Counted from the stretch's first letter, positions 43,332-56,444 are shown. The stretch: DNA of 64,000 bases from Octopus vulgaris (GCA_951406725.2 OX597816.1:80786001-80850000); one strand, 5' to 3'. The notes: generated from the letters alone by a model not told the origin. Translations and numbers: made by a program.

Positions 43332-43723
43332 TTTATATATAAAAGTAAGATTGTGTGCTGTCTGTCTCCTACGATTTAGATTCCTAACTACTCTCACATT
43401 TTGCGGTGCAGTTTAACCAAAACCGGGTATCTTATAGTCGTGATTCATATCGAGCCCTTCTGGGTATTAGCGCGCGTCTACGATGAGTCTACGATTTAAA
43501 AAAAATTACCATCAATTTTTCCCATTTTTGATGCATTTTTGGCATATATAAGGGAAGTAACTCTCTAAAAATTTATTATTAAATCTCAGAACGCAAAAAG
43601 CTACAGTAACACCTCCCCTTTGTGGTTAGCCATATTGAGATGGCTATTATACTTTACATATCTAAAAATGCTTATATAGTTATTTCCCTTACAAACCCGA
43701 GCAACGCCGGGCGATACTGCTAG
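43332..43723 (+). mobile_element. Non-autonomous Helitron-like element
   Basis: 5' end T..TATATATAAAA, subterminal hairpin CCCG-AGCAACGC-CGGG and 3' terminal CTAG (43720-43723) followed by T. No TIRs or TSD. Confidence 0.75.
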
Positions 43724-43744
43724 TTGTACATAAAATAAAAGCAA

Positions 43745-45010
43745 AAAGACATAGTGGGAACAAGCAACTTGGATGGCCAGACTGATATGCCAAATTGGGC
43801 TACCATAGTACGGACGAATCTTACAGTAAGTGATAGAAATATTGCCTAAGCAGAAAATTTTAAGCCCATTCCTTACCTAAGTATTGTTTACAAACTTTGC
43901 AAAAGCTGTTTCAGCTAAAATCATCGTCTAACAAATTAGGAAGTACTGAGCAAACAGGGGAAAAGGAGAGTGGGAGCGTGTGCACTTAACTTTCCATAAA
44001 TAAGGTTGTATTGCCTGAGAAAGTAAATGTTGTAGAAATCTTGTGACACTGTCGGTTGATTACAGGAACGCATTCGATTCCGTTCTTCAATGATGCCTGC
44101 TGAAACCACCGAATCTGACAAAAGTGCCAGCTGTCTTAAATGGTGACAGTGAAAGGCTTAACAGGCATACATAACCAAAAAGGTTCAGAATTATAATTAA
44201 AGGAATATGATTGTTTAAATGTTATAAATGTTTCAAAGGGAATATTCCAAGGAGTCCCTCTATGTGTGAATCTGTTTATTATACCGCATTCAACAAAGAA
44301 CTTGAAGAAAAATACTCTGCATTTTGGAAAATAATTATACATGATTATATTTTCTACAAATTTCAGGATGCTGATACTATTAACATGAAGTGTAGCCTCT
44401 GCTGGACTCATGACTATTAACATCCTACACATTTCTGACGTTATGCATTTGCAATTCAAAAGCAGAAGATAGTTATAGAATGCCTAATAAGCAACAGAAA
44501 GAGTAGAACCCTTAAACCGCGAAGATGTGAACCGCAAAACTTCGATTATATCACACTTCTTTTGAAAATATTACATACGGGATAAGTATCTACCCAAAAA
44601 TGTCATTTAGTACTACTTTGCCTGGCGACAGGATATTGCTGAAGCAATATATAATGCCATCTCTAGGAAAGACCAGCTTTGTTATTGAATACATAAATAC
44701 AAACGGAACATATAAATTCAAGGATTATCGGTGTAATATTTTCTTCAAAACCTCTGCCTAACGCAACCATAACAGGACTGACATAAATTATTCGTGACAA
44801 GGAATGGGAATCATGTACAGTCACCTGCTCTGCAGATCTGAACATTTCTTTAAAAATCATTACGAAGAAGAACATTCACTGACAACTGCTTTTAAACCTG
44901 CAGCTGCTCCGCTCTGATTATGAATTCATATTTGCACCACTGGTTATTGATGCACTTTACTATGTTACGAAATATTTACGCCAAAATTTTGAAGAGCTAG
45001 AATTTTCGGC
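43745..45010 (+). mobile_element. R4/Dong-like non-LTR retrotransposon remnant with RT, zinc knuckle and restriction-like endonuclease
   Basis: Motifs in the correct order: NFKPIPYLSIVYKL (43856), DYRNAFDSV (44058), KGIFQG (44236), KCSLC (44388), HNRTDI..RDK..C..TCSADLNI..K (44768) and PLVIDAL (44937). Many stops and deletions. Confidence 0.75.
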
Positions 45011-45439
45011 TGGAGAAAGTGACCGGCTAATGCGCACTTAAGAAATATATTTGGTATGTAAAGGGTAAAAATATATTCCATACTTTTCTAATGTTCATTG
45101 TGTAAACATTTATCTTGTAGTTACTCAAATTCTAGCAATGGACCTTTGTTTCTTCATTAGAAAAAAAACTGCTACCTTTTCGTAGAATAATCAAATAATA
45201 ACAGAAACACAGAAATTTGAATCCCTGTACAGTATACATAGAGAGATAAATATGCACACACAAACACACACACAGTATTCACAGACAAGTATTGTGTATA
45301 CGAGTCTCAACAAAATGTCATGATGCTATCTTGCACTTTTGATAACATGAAATGCTAAACAGCATAATATTTCTACAATTATTATGTAGTTAGTGGAGCA
45401 TTTTGATGAAATGCGTGTATATCATATCTTTGAATTATC

Positions 45440-46460
45440 CATGCTAGAAAACGATACCTTCTACGAAAAAAGTTGTGAAATATAAACAACAAAAAAAGAC
45501 TGTAAAATCTTTCATCCCTAATACTTCTACATGGAAAAGGCTTGACAGAAAAAGAAATAGATTATATCACGAACTTTAAATGTAAACCTAGTCATTTTTA
45601 CGGCCTACATAAAATACGCAAGAGCAAGATAGTTAATGAAGCCTGCAAACAGTCACCAGGCAAATGCATAAATATCCAAGCATCAGACGACTTAAAGTTA
45701 AAACCCACCACCTAAGCAATTTTCTAGACATGCTACTGAAACACTTGCTGAAATACATCAAAAGTCTCATTAGAGACGACCTAGACATGCTAGAGCACCT
45801 ACCAAATGCAACTAATGAAGAGGCATTATTGGTTTCTTTCGATGTTATTAATCTTTACACCAACATCCAACATGACTATGGAATAGAAGCAATAAATTCT
45901 GGTTGGAAAAGTACCCGGAATTACTTCCGGAACGCATAAGGCAGGTCTTTATTATTGAATCATTAAAATCTATACTTCAGAACAATTATTTCTTATTTGA
46001 TGACACCCACTATCGTCCAAAATGCGAACTTGCGATGAGAACGAAAGCAGCCCTTGTTCTTGCGAGCTTAATAATGGGTTATTTTGAATTCACCATATAT
46101 GAAGTGTCATTGAAATATATGGAGAACTGGAAAAGATACCTGGATAACTGATTTATCATTTGGAAGGAGACCATTGAGAAACTTTCGGAATTCAAATCAA
46201 TACAAAATAATATAAACCCTAACATTCAATTCACAATGGGTTATAGCAGAGAACAGCTTCCTTCCTTCGATATTATGATAAAAGAATTCAACAACCAAAT
46301 TATAACTGACATTTATTATAAACAAACGGACTCGAAGCAATATCTTCTGCTTAGCTCAGGTCACCAGAAACACATCAAAAGAAATATACCCCTTAATTTA
46401 GCAAAAAGGATTTGCACAATAGTGTTTGATAGAAATCCTCGGGACCAACGAAGGAGAGGA
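45440..46460 (+). mobile_element. Penelope-like element reverse transcriptase pseudogene
   Basis: LVSFDVINLYTNI, ILQNNYFLFD...AMRTKAA..LASLIMGYFE, WKRYLDN and IQFTM...TDIYYKQTDSKQYL...KHIKRNIPLNLAKRICTIV. Frameshifts and stops present. Confidence 0.9.
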
Positions 46461-47059
46461 GGTATGAGATGAGTATATTTATTTTACCAGTTGATATCCA
46501 TATGATTACGATCATTTCAAAATTATAATCATAAGATATAATTAAAAATTTATAGATATATATATATACATGAAATAGATGAAATTTTAGATTCCAGTAA
46601 GGTAAATGTCCTGGATTAACTTCATACACTTCAATATCAAATATACAGTTAGTCGAATCAGAAGTCATAGGCCTTGTAATCTTCCAACGCCCCCATTCCA
46701 CGGCCATTTCACTTAATATTAATTTACATTCATCTATTACGTAATAATTACTTCATTTCATTTGAAATAATAAATATTATCCAATGAAAATGTCGAATAA
46801 TAATTGCAAATATTGAACTGTCAAATTCTCCTCAAAATGGTAATTTCTTTCACTCTATATTTTGCGGTAAATACATTTCCTTCTTCCTCTCCCTATTGTT
46901 CTGCCTCTCTTCCTCCATTCTTTCTAGCATTCCATATACAAACATACGTACATACATACATACATAAATATATATACATGCGCAGATGCCTACATATATA
47001 AGCATGCATAGACACACGAAGTAACTCACACATTTACATATAACATAATTGTAGGCAAT

Positions 47060-47193
47060 ACATACATATGTACATGCAGGTATGTATTTATGTATGTATT
47101 ATGTATGCGTAAACATATATATGTATATATACATATATATATACATACATGTATATATACATATATATATACATATATATATATACATGTATG

Positions 47194-47241
<48 letters not shown>

Positions 47242-47466
47242 CGTGTATATATATACATATATATATATACATACATGTATATATACATATATATACATAC
47301 ATACATATACATATATATATACATACATATAAATACATATATATATATATAAATATACATATATATATATACATACATATATATATACAGAAATATATAT
47401 ATATACATATATATACATATACATATATATATAGAAATATATATATATATATACATATATATACAC

Positions 47467-47507
<41 letters not shown>

Positions 47508-47764
47508 CATAAATATATATACATACATATATATATAAATATACATACATAGATATACACATATATATATATATATACATAGATATATATTCATACATAC
47601 ATATATATACAAATATACATACATAAATATATATATATATATATATACATATATACATATATACATAATATATATACATATATACATATATACATATATA
47701 TACATTATATATATATACTTATATATATATATATATATATACATATACATATTCATATACATAT

Positions 47765-47808
<44 letters not shown>

Positions 47809-47948
47809 CATGTACATATACATATATATCATTTCATATATTCATTTCATTTAGTTTCAGCTCACGAGCTGTGGCCATGCTGGGGTACCGCCATTGTATA
47901 TATATATATGTATATATATGTATATATATTTATGTAAATATACATATG

Positions 47949-48005
<57 letters not shown>

Positions 48006-48100
48006 GTATATATATATAAATACATACATATACGTATCTATATATACGTATGCATGTATATATATTTATTTATATATGTATATATACATACTTATATATA
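47060..48100. repeat. About 1 kb degenerate (TA)n/(TACA)n tract
   Basis: Directly visible. It accounts for all the YI-rich ORFs here. Confidence 0.95.
47850..47893 (-). mobile_element. Extreme 3' tip of a LINE related to 52720-56170
   Basis: TAGTTTCAGCTCACGAGCTGTGGCCATGCTGGGGTACCGCCA differs at 3 positions from 52741-52782. Its tail is (AAATG)n-like. Confidence 0.85.
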
Positions 48101-48613
48101 TATCATGTCACGTTAACTTACTTGCAGTGCCGTATCGAGAACCCAGTTGTGTCAAGATTCGTTAGTAAATCCTGTACTCACCTATGAAAAATAGAAAGAA
48201 AAAGAAACCATATAGTGTTCGATAGAGAATTTTTGTTAAATGGAAATTAAATGGGAATTTTGTATCATATATGAATAGATACATTTGACAAAGAAATTTT
48301 ATATTGCATTCAGACGAAATATAAAAATTAAAAATACACAATATTAGGTGTTATGAATGATCACATTTCAAAAATCATAATAAAATAATAATAAAAATAA
48401 ATTATTAATTCTTGTTAAATGAATGTATCTGCTTCAAGTGATGGGAAATTCTATGAAGGAATATTTAATGACTTATGTGTTTAATATCTTTATTATGCTG
48501 CTCTTTATTCTTTATTTTGTTCTTTTTTGTTTAGTTTACATTTACTGAAAAATCTATATCTTATTAAAATTATATTTCTGTGTTCTGTTCAATATTTTAT
48601 GCACATTCATATG

Positions 48614-48681
<68 letters not shown>

Positions 48682-48840
48682 ATGTGTCGTATATATGTAT
48701 GCATATATGTGTGTGTGTGTGTGTGTGTGTGTACATGGACATACACTCACATACTCACACAAGTATATGTGTGAGAGTATGTGTAGGTGACGACAAGTCT
48801 GTTATAAAAATACCTGTATGCTAGTTTATGTCTGTCTTTC

Positions 48841-48899
<59 letters not shown>

Positions 48900-49261
48900 C
48901 TTTGTGTTGTATTCATGTATCATGGTTTCACTACTTGTTTTACGTACCTATATAGTTGCGAGCAGGTACAAAACTCTCTGTCCGTTCCCACTCAAAATGT
49001 TATAGCTGAACGAGTAAAAGCTCCACTAGATCAAGGCTGACAAACGTTACTCCTGATTAGATTCGAATAATTTGAAATGAAGTTCTTTGCTCAAAGCGAG
49101 AACCCTCAGCGTAGACATCGAACCAATAATCTTAAGTTCATTAGACAAACGCTATAACCAATACGCCATGAGTTTTCGCTATATCTGTGTGTATATATGT
49201 GTATGTCTACATCAGAGTTTATACTCTTTTAGTAAGTTCAGTTCGGGCACTGCCACCATGA

Positions 49262-49299
<38 letters not shown>

Positions 49300-49429
49300 G
49301 GAGAGTTCACGGAAAAAGCAAAAGACGAAAACAGGTGGTGTACAAAACACACAGATGTATTAGTATAACACAAAGGAACACAGAAAAAGGAGAGAAGAAA
49401 AATGCGTGAAGTGGCTACCAATCTATCAT

Positions 49430-49505
49430 GGCGACTGATATATATATATATTCATACGTGTATATATATATATATATATGTATATATAAATATATATACA
49501 TATGC

Positions 49506-49537
<32 letters not shown>

Positions 49538-49549
49538 ATGTACATATGC

Positions 49550-49581
<32 letters not shown>

Positions 49582-49661
49582 ATGTATATATAAATATATA
49601 TACATATGCATATACTATATATATAAATATATATACATATGCATATATATATATATATATG

Positions 49662-49718
<57 letters not shown>

Positions 49719-49760
49719 CGTGTATATATACATGTGCATATATATATATATATATATGTC
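49430..49760. repeat. Degenerate (AT)n tract
   Basis: Directly visible. Confidence 0.9.
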
Positions 49761-51269
49761 ACATAATATTTAACATAATATTTACACATTATGTGTGCGC
49801 TCACGTATGTGTAAATACACACTCTCACATATACATCATGTGTAATATGTACTGAAAAGTTTCACCTGAAAATACTGTTACAGTAGCGATAAAAATTCTC
49901 CTATGATAAAGACTACTAATGGAAAGAAAGTGTTAGCCAATGTCACCTTACTTATACTTGGAGAAACTAATGCAATCTCTTTTCTTAAAATAACAACAAA
50001 GCTGTAATAGAAACAAGCCGGACATAAACTGGATAGCAATCTGTCAATCATCTATTTACTTATTTATTTTTAGTAAACATGCGTTAACGATGAGCCTCAT
50101 GTCAATTATTGTATTACTCATCAAGTACATGCTGTAAAACTCCCTTTGGACTAATCCTTTCTGATCTTCGATTACTTAGAATTACCGAGTGTTAAAACTC
50201 CTTCAAACTCTTCAACGCAACAAGCCGACCGATTTTGATGGTGGTTTTCTTTCTCCCTCCCTCCCTCTCTTTCTCTCTCTCACCCTCCTTCTATCTTTAT
50301 TACCAGTGAGCAGCGTGAAACATAACAGCTACTATTCTTACAAAACTGTTAAACAATATTGCATATACAGGCATAGAAAGCAGTATATTCGTTCGCTTCC
50401 CTACAACTGCAACATTTTTACCGCTACTAATTACTCAGTTATCACCTCGAGATTCAGTATTCCAAAGATAACAACTTCTCCTCTTATGTCAATATCAGTG
50501 AACACTAGTGTTCTTTCTTCAATGGAGCCATTCCCTCCTTATTTCTCTCTTCAGCAGCTCACTGTCTTTGACATCTTCAATAATTATTTTATCCCAGTCT
50601 AGCACAAATACTTCTTTACTACATAAAAGAAAACTTAGGAAGGCTGGTTTTCAAATTTTGTAGACTTCCCACACATATCATACCCTCGGGATGGGAAGTG
50701 ATGCCAATCTCTCCGACGTCCGAAATATAAGAATATCTCCCACGCACTTCCTTTATTGGAATTTCTTACTATATATGTCTATCGCTCTTAGCATCCTTCT
50801 TACGTGTAAAATAGGCCTCTTTTATTATAAACAGTATCCAATGCGATCATCTTAATTAAATCTCTTGGAACAGAACTAAGACACAATTACAACACATATC
50901 AACGAAACTGCTTTGTAATACAATCTCACAACACACGAACAATACATACCTGAATCCCTTTAAGTCCTTTCAAATTGTAAGCTCAATAACCTTGTCAGCT
51001 CATACGAAGAACTCAAATATACAATGTTCGCAAGGATCTCCTATATGGTCGTGCAAAACGCCAAATCTCTATAAAATTTCAGTTTGCTGTCAAGGAATTT
51101 GAAGAACTCATTTGATATGAATTGCAAAATACCGAAATGTCCTTGGGAACGACAGAATAGACATGGCTAATAATTTCAAAACTTTTATCTTAATTTATAG
51201 TATTACTCTCATATAATAGCTTACAGGAGCTTTTTTATTGTTCATTTTTTTTTCTACAACTGATAAAAT

Positions 51270-51440
51270 GACATGTCCGCTAAACTAGCAAAGCGCTTAC
51301 TACTTCCATACTTAGCGGCATTTCGTTTGGCCTTAATGCTCTGCGTTCAAATTCCTCTGAGATCGACTTTGCTTTTCATTCTTTCGAACGATGTAATCGA
51401 CTATCATCTCTTAAAGTTTCAGGTTTGTTTCTATAGTACT
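51270..51440 (+). mobile_element. SINE family A, decayed
   Basis: CTTAGCGGCATTTCG...GTTCAAATTCCTCTGAGATCGACTTTGCTTTTCATTCTTTCG. Confidence 0.65.
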
Positions 51441-52624
51441 AATGATTATCTAGCGCTCAACACACACATACACACACACACACAAACACACACACCTCAT
51501 CTTCAATCAAAATACATATCTTCTAACAGACTAGTGTGTGCCTCATATTTAGTGCCACTGAGTGACACAGACGAATGCTGTAACTCTATACCTAACTAGT
51601 ATGTTAGTCATACTAACTTTCACCACTCATATGTGAATTAAGAACGATGAATTTAATTTCTATTCGAAGGTAAAGTGATACCTTACACGCATATCTACAT
51701 CAGAACTATTACTACGAAGCACTTGATTTCTATGACAGAAAATAAATTTGGCAGAAGTAAACCTGGAGGTCTATAAAATAATTGCAATCCATGCTGTTTC
51801 ATTGCTTTAATTAATTAATTTGTTGCCAATGTACTAATATGCAAATGAGGGAAGTCAACACATTTTACTCATAGAATATTTTAAAATTAAGTCATAGCTG
51901 TTTTAACTCTTTTAGAACGTAATGGCTCGCTACTCTTCATAAGCAAGCAGAAATCAAGCAAAATTGGCGAGTTGTACATGGTCACTTCTACAGAGAGGGA
52001 CTTGTGATTTAGTGAGATGAAATTTTATTTTATTGAACGTATGCTTCTAAAATCTTTAATACACAAAACGCACGCACATATATACCACAATGACGTGAGG
52101 AGATAATCGTGAGTATCTGAACGTATGTTACACACATAGCACATTGTCAATCAGCACGTCGAATAATCATATAATCAAAGCTAACTCAAACACGCATACA
52201 CATATTCTTATGCACACACACACACTTATACATACATATGATTATATATATATTTATTTGTATGCATATACATATATATAGACATACACAAATATACACA
52301 CACATAGACACACATAGAGAAACACACACATATATATATCCACAAATATATAAATATATACAAATACATACATAGAATAATAAATGCACAGAGACATATG
52401 CAGAGCTATAAACACAAGTGCGTATGAAAATTGATATATCGATCTGTTATTTTTAGGAATACTGAATGATAAATTATAATGATTGTGTGACGTGAGCTGT
52501 CATTACACCAGCCATTAGTTTCCTGTTTAGAAACTGTAGAGTGTTCATGTAACAGGAAATCACTATTAAGGAACACATTATATATGTGTGAATGTGTAGG
52601 TGCACGGATACTCTTGGAGTATGC

Positions 52625-52697
<73 letters not shown>

Positions 52698-52807
52698 TAT
52701 ATATATGCAAGTATTATATGATTGATTGATTGATTGATTCTAGTTTCAGCTTATGAGCTGTGGCCATGCTGGGGCACCGCCATTTGGTGTTGCTACTTGG
52801 TTTCACT

Positions 52808-55800
52808 TCATAGAGGCTTTCTAGCAACTGCTATTTGGTGCATGAGAGAGTTCGATGCAGCTGCCCTCATCTGCCCCTCATGCCGTGAAGTTGGTTCATC
52901 TGGGACACCTGACAGGAAGAGATCCAGCTCCATTTTAAAGACATCTGTATCCACCCCATGCAGGTCTCTCAGGTTCTTCGGGAGGATATTGAAGTGCTGT
53001 GGGCCTCGGAAGCCCAGGCTATCACAGAATCTTGTCCTACATCTTGATGGCAAGTTTGGAGTCCTAGGCACCACGCAGTGGCGCCCAGTTCTGGCATTTG
53101 CGTAACTCTCGATGCCAAAGTTCAGGACACTTCCCTCCAGGATCTTCCAGATGTATATTATGGCATATCTTTCCCGCCTACGCTCCAGGGAATATAATTT
53201 TAATCTCTTGAGTCTTTCCCAGTAGCTTACATTCTGCATAGAGGCTACCTTCTTCGTGTAGCTTCGTTGGATCGCCTCAAGTTCTGTGATCAACTTGACA
53301 CTGGATGGTGACCATAGCTGAGAGCAATAGTCAAAGTGGCTTAGGACAAGTGTCTTCCAGAGGACCATCATGGTTTCTTGTTCTCTTGTTCTAAAGGTTC
53401 TAAGAATCCATCCAGCCAGCCGTCTGCATTTCATTGTCAGTTTAGCAACATGTACATGAAAGGTCGCGTCATCACTCATGTGAATACCCAGGTCACGCAC
53501 TGATTGTGCCTCTGGGATTGCAATCCCTCCGGGTCCAGTGTATTCCTTGGGTATTGCATTCAGTTTTGCATGCTGATAGTATAAAGCTTGAAACTTTTCA
53601 GCATTGAACTGCATGCTATTCTTTTCAGCCCACTTGTATATTTCGTCCAGCTCATATTGCAGGTGCTTAGTGTCTTCAGGGTTCTGTATTGCCTGTGAAA
53701 CTTTTGTATCATCTGCATAACTTGTGATCGTGGCTCTCCGCGTGGCTGAGGGCATGTCTGAGAGGGCCATTATGAACAGTAGTGGTCCCAAAACAGTGCC
53801 CTGTGGAACACCGCTCACTATTTGCGTGCTAATGGAAGTGGCCCCATTGGCTACTACCACCTGACTTCTATTCTTCAGAAAGTCGTGAATCCATTCTCCT
53901 AGTTTTCCAACTATGCCAAGATCACGCAGTTTGTGACATATCATTCCATGATCGACTTTATCGAAGGCCTTTGCGAAGTCGAGATATATCACTTCCACAT
54001 TTGAGTGGTTGAGCAGTTGTTTCAGCACCCAGTCATAGTGCTGCAGGAGCTGAGTTAAGCAGCTTCTTCCTGGTCGGAAACCATGTTGGGTGTCAGCAGC
54101 AAGTCCTTCTGACTATTCGTTCCATGACCTTGCTGATGTGTGAGGTCAGAGAGATAGGTCTGTAGTTCTTGGCCTCCGCTCTGCTACCTCCTTTATGAAT
54201 AGGGCATATTTTACCTTCCTTCAGTTTTCTTGGAAGTTTGCCAGCTGCAAGGAAGCTCTGAAAGAGGAACTGCAGTGGTCTTGCTAAGACTCTCTTACAT
54301 ACTTTTAGGAGGATTGCCGGGAATCCATCGGGGCCAATAGCTGAGTCTATTTTCATTTCATCTATAGCCTTTATTACATCGTCATCCTTTATATCGATGT
54401 AATTTATCGTCGCCGCCTCTGATTCTATATCTGCAGTGGTAAAGAAGTCAGTTGGATTGCTGATTTGGAAATGCCCAAGGGGTGGAGTGAAAACACTCTT
54501 GAATTGTTCATTCAGTATTTCACTTACCCTCATTGGTTTTCCTGTGAGTGTGCCATCCTTTTCAAGGAGTGGCCCTATCCTACAGTGCACCGTAGCTGTT
54601 TCTTTGGCATACCTGTAGAAAGCTCTGGGGTTAGTTTTTATGTTGTCTATAGCCCAGGCTTCTTTGTCTGCTCTTTCCTTCTCATGGGAGAGTTGCAGAC
54701 AATTTTCAATTTCCAACAGTTTTATTTTCAGGCGGGACTTTTCACTGCTTTCTATTTGTTTGTTTAGGCGATTTGAAATTTTTGTACGCCGTCTCATTAA
54801 AATTTTCCTCTCTCTGGGGATTTTGTTCTTGTGTACAGTGGCCTTTCTCTCTGGGACACATTTGTAGCATATGGCTTGCATTACAGACATGAATTGTTGA
54901 AGTATCATGTCGATGTCCCGAGGAGAGACATTCAGGCCAGTTTTGTTTGAGGATCTCTTTCTCAATTTGTTTCCAGTTTGCCTTATTGAAGTTCAAGCTG
55001 GAAAGATTCTGAGGGTTTCTTGTAGGCTGCATGTCCGTGCTCTCTTTTGGCCCGTACATGGTCAGCTCTACCATGTTGTGATCCGAGAGTAGTGTCGGTG
55101 TCACTTTCACATTATGGATGAGATCCATATTATTTGTGAAGCAGAGATCCAGTGTGTTACCTGCTCTGGTTGGTTGCAGTATTACTTGCTCCATGTACAG
55201 GGTGTTGGTGAGGTTCAGGAGGGACCTCGCCTGTCCACGTTCACATCTTGTCATTCCTGGGAGAGAAAGGCCCTCGGGCCATCTGACATTCGGTAGATTG
55301 AAGTCTCCCATGAGAAGTACACTTATGTGTTGTTCTAATGTGGTTAGAACTTCTTCTATTTTTAAAAGGCAGTCCTCAAACTTGCCCATATGACTTGGGG
55401 CATCTGGAGGGCGATATGTAGCACACACAACTACATCAAGTTGCCTTATGTGTACAATTAGTGTGTCACACCGAGTTTGAGTATGACAAAAGGACCTGGG
55501 GTGTGAGGTCCCCACGGATGTGCATAGCAACTCCTCCATGACTCCTTTCTTTCCTGTCGGTCCGTAGTACAACATACTGTGGTATGTGTAATTCCGCATC
55601 TGCTATGTCCGGTTTCAGATGCGTTTCTGTGAGTGCTATGCATAAGGCTTGATTGCATGCGACAAAGTCTCTCAGGAACGGGACTTTTGTCCTGTTACTG
55701 TGTGTTAGTAGTCCTCTGATGTTCAGTAGGAGCATCGAGGTGAGGTGTATGCTGTTGCCGGCGGTGTCCACCCTGGGTCCATCTGCTGTGGCGGTCTTGT

Positions 55801-55879
55801 GAACTGTGGGCAGTTCCATCTGCGAGCCTGAGCCTGATGGAGCCAGGTTAGCTGCTGTACAATCGTTTGTGCCATGCAC
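52808..55879 (-). pseudogene. LINE ORF2 (APE endonuclease plus reverse transcriptase) split by three frameshifts near 55470, 54925 and 54100
   Basis: APE motifs LNIRGL, LTETHL, GGVA, YRPP, GDFN, TLDL and SDH. RT motifs GPDG, NYRPISLTS, YLDFAKAFDKVDH, GVPQGTVLGP, YADD and RDLG. C-terminal YSLERRRER. Confidence 0.95.
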
Positions 55880-56170
55880 AAAAAAGATTCCTGCTCAGCA
55901 GCTGCCCTTTCAACAACACGTTGGTGGTTTGTGGTACGCACCACATCTGCGTACCTCCGTTTTGGGGCAGGTGATGCGTGGTCCATCCCATTTCCTTTCG
56001 GTGGTTGGTTTCTGTGGCAGGGTCCCGGATGTGCAAAGCGGCAGCCTACACCTTCCTCTCCATGCCGGCAGGCACCTTTCAGGTAGAACCTACATACCCG
56101 TGTGCGCTGCTTGTTTCCATCCTTTTTGGCATATGGATAGTTAGGTTTGCCTCTATCCCTGGCTGCCTTG
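55723..56170 (-). pseudogene. LINE ORF1 C-terminal part with a CCCH-type zinc finger (5' truncated)
   Basis: The frame of ORF 55723-55986 stays open upstream and reads ...KQRTRVCRFYLKGACRHGEEGVGCRFAHPGPC...RRYADVV... (C-x7-C-x8-C-x3-H at 56094-56029). Confidence 0.75.
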
Positions 56171-56386
56171 CATGTCTGTGTATACAGTCATATATATATA
56201 TGCATGTCTGTGTATACAGTCATATATATATTTATATATATATACACACACATCTCTGTATATTTACATATATGTATAGCTATATATACACATCAAGAGC
56301 AAGGTCTTTCTTCCCCCACCTTCTCTCTCTTCTTCTCTCAATTTCTATATTTGTAGGTTTCGTGCAGGAGTGTGTGTGTGTGTGTA

Positions 56387-56444
<58 letters not shown>

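Larger units (their letters stand above)
52720..56170 (-). mobile_element. CR1/Jockey-group LINE, 5'-truncated, little decayed
   Basis: ORF1 C-terminus, then APE endonuclease, RT, a short 3' UTR with a stem-loop and an (AATC)n tail at about 52720-52739. The block is GC-richer than its TA-rich flanks. Confidence 0.95.

Noticed and set aside
47026-47807. Long YI/CV/HT-rich ORFs here and throughout the window, including poly-Ile, poly-Leu and poly-Tyr ORFs
   Set aside because: They are translations of (AT)n, (TG)n, (AAT)n and (TAG)n repeats that lack stops by composition, and they show no domain content.
50150-51060. Possible very old CR1-like RT trace (VLKLLQTLQRNKPTDFDG); similar hints at 16110-16260 and 17290-17720
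   Set aside because: Single weak motif resemblances that are not enough to support a call.
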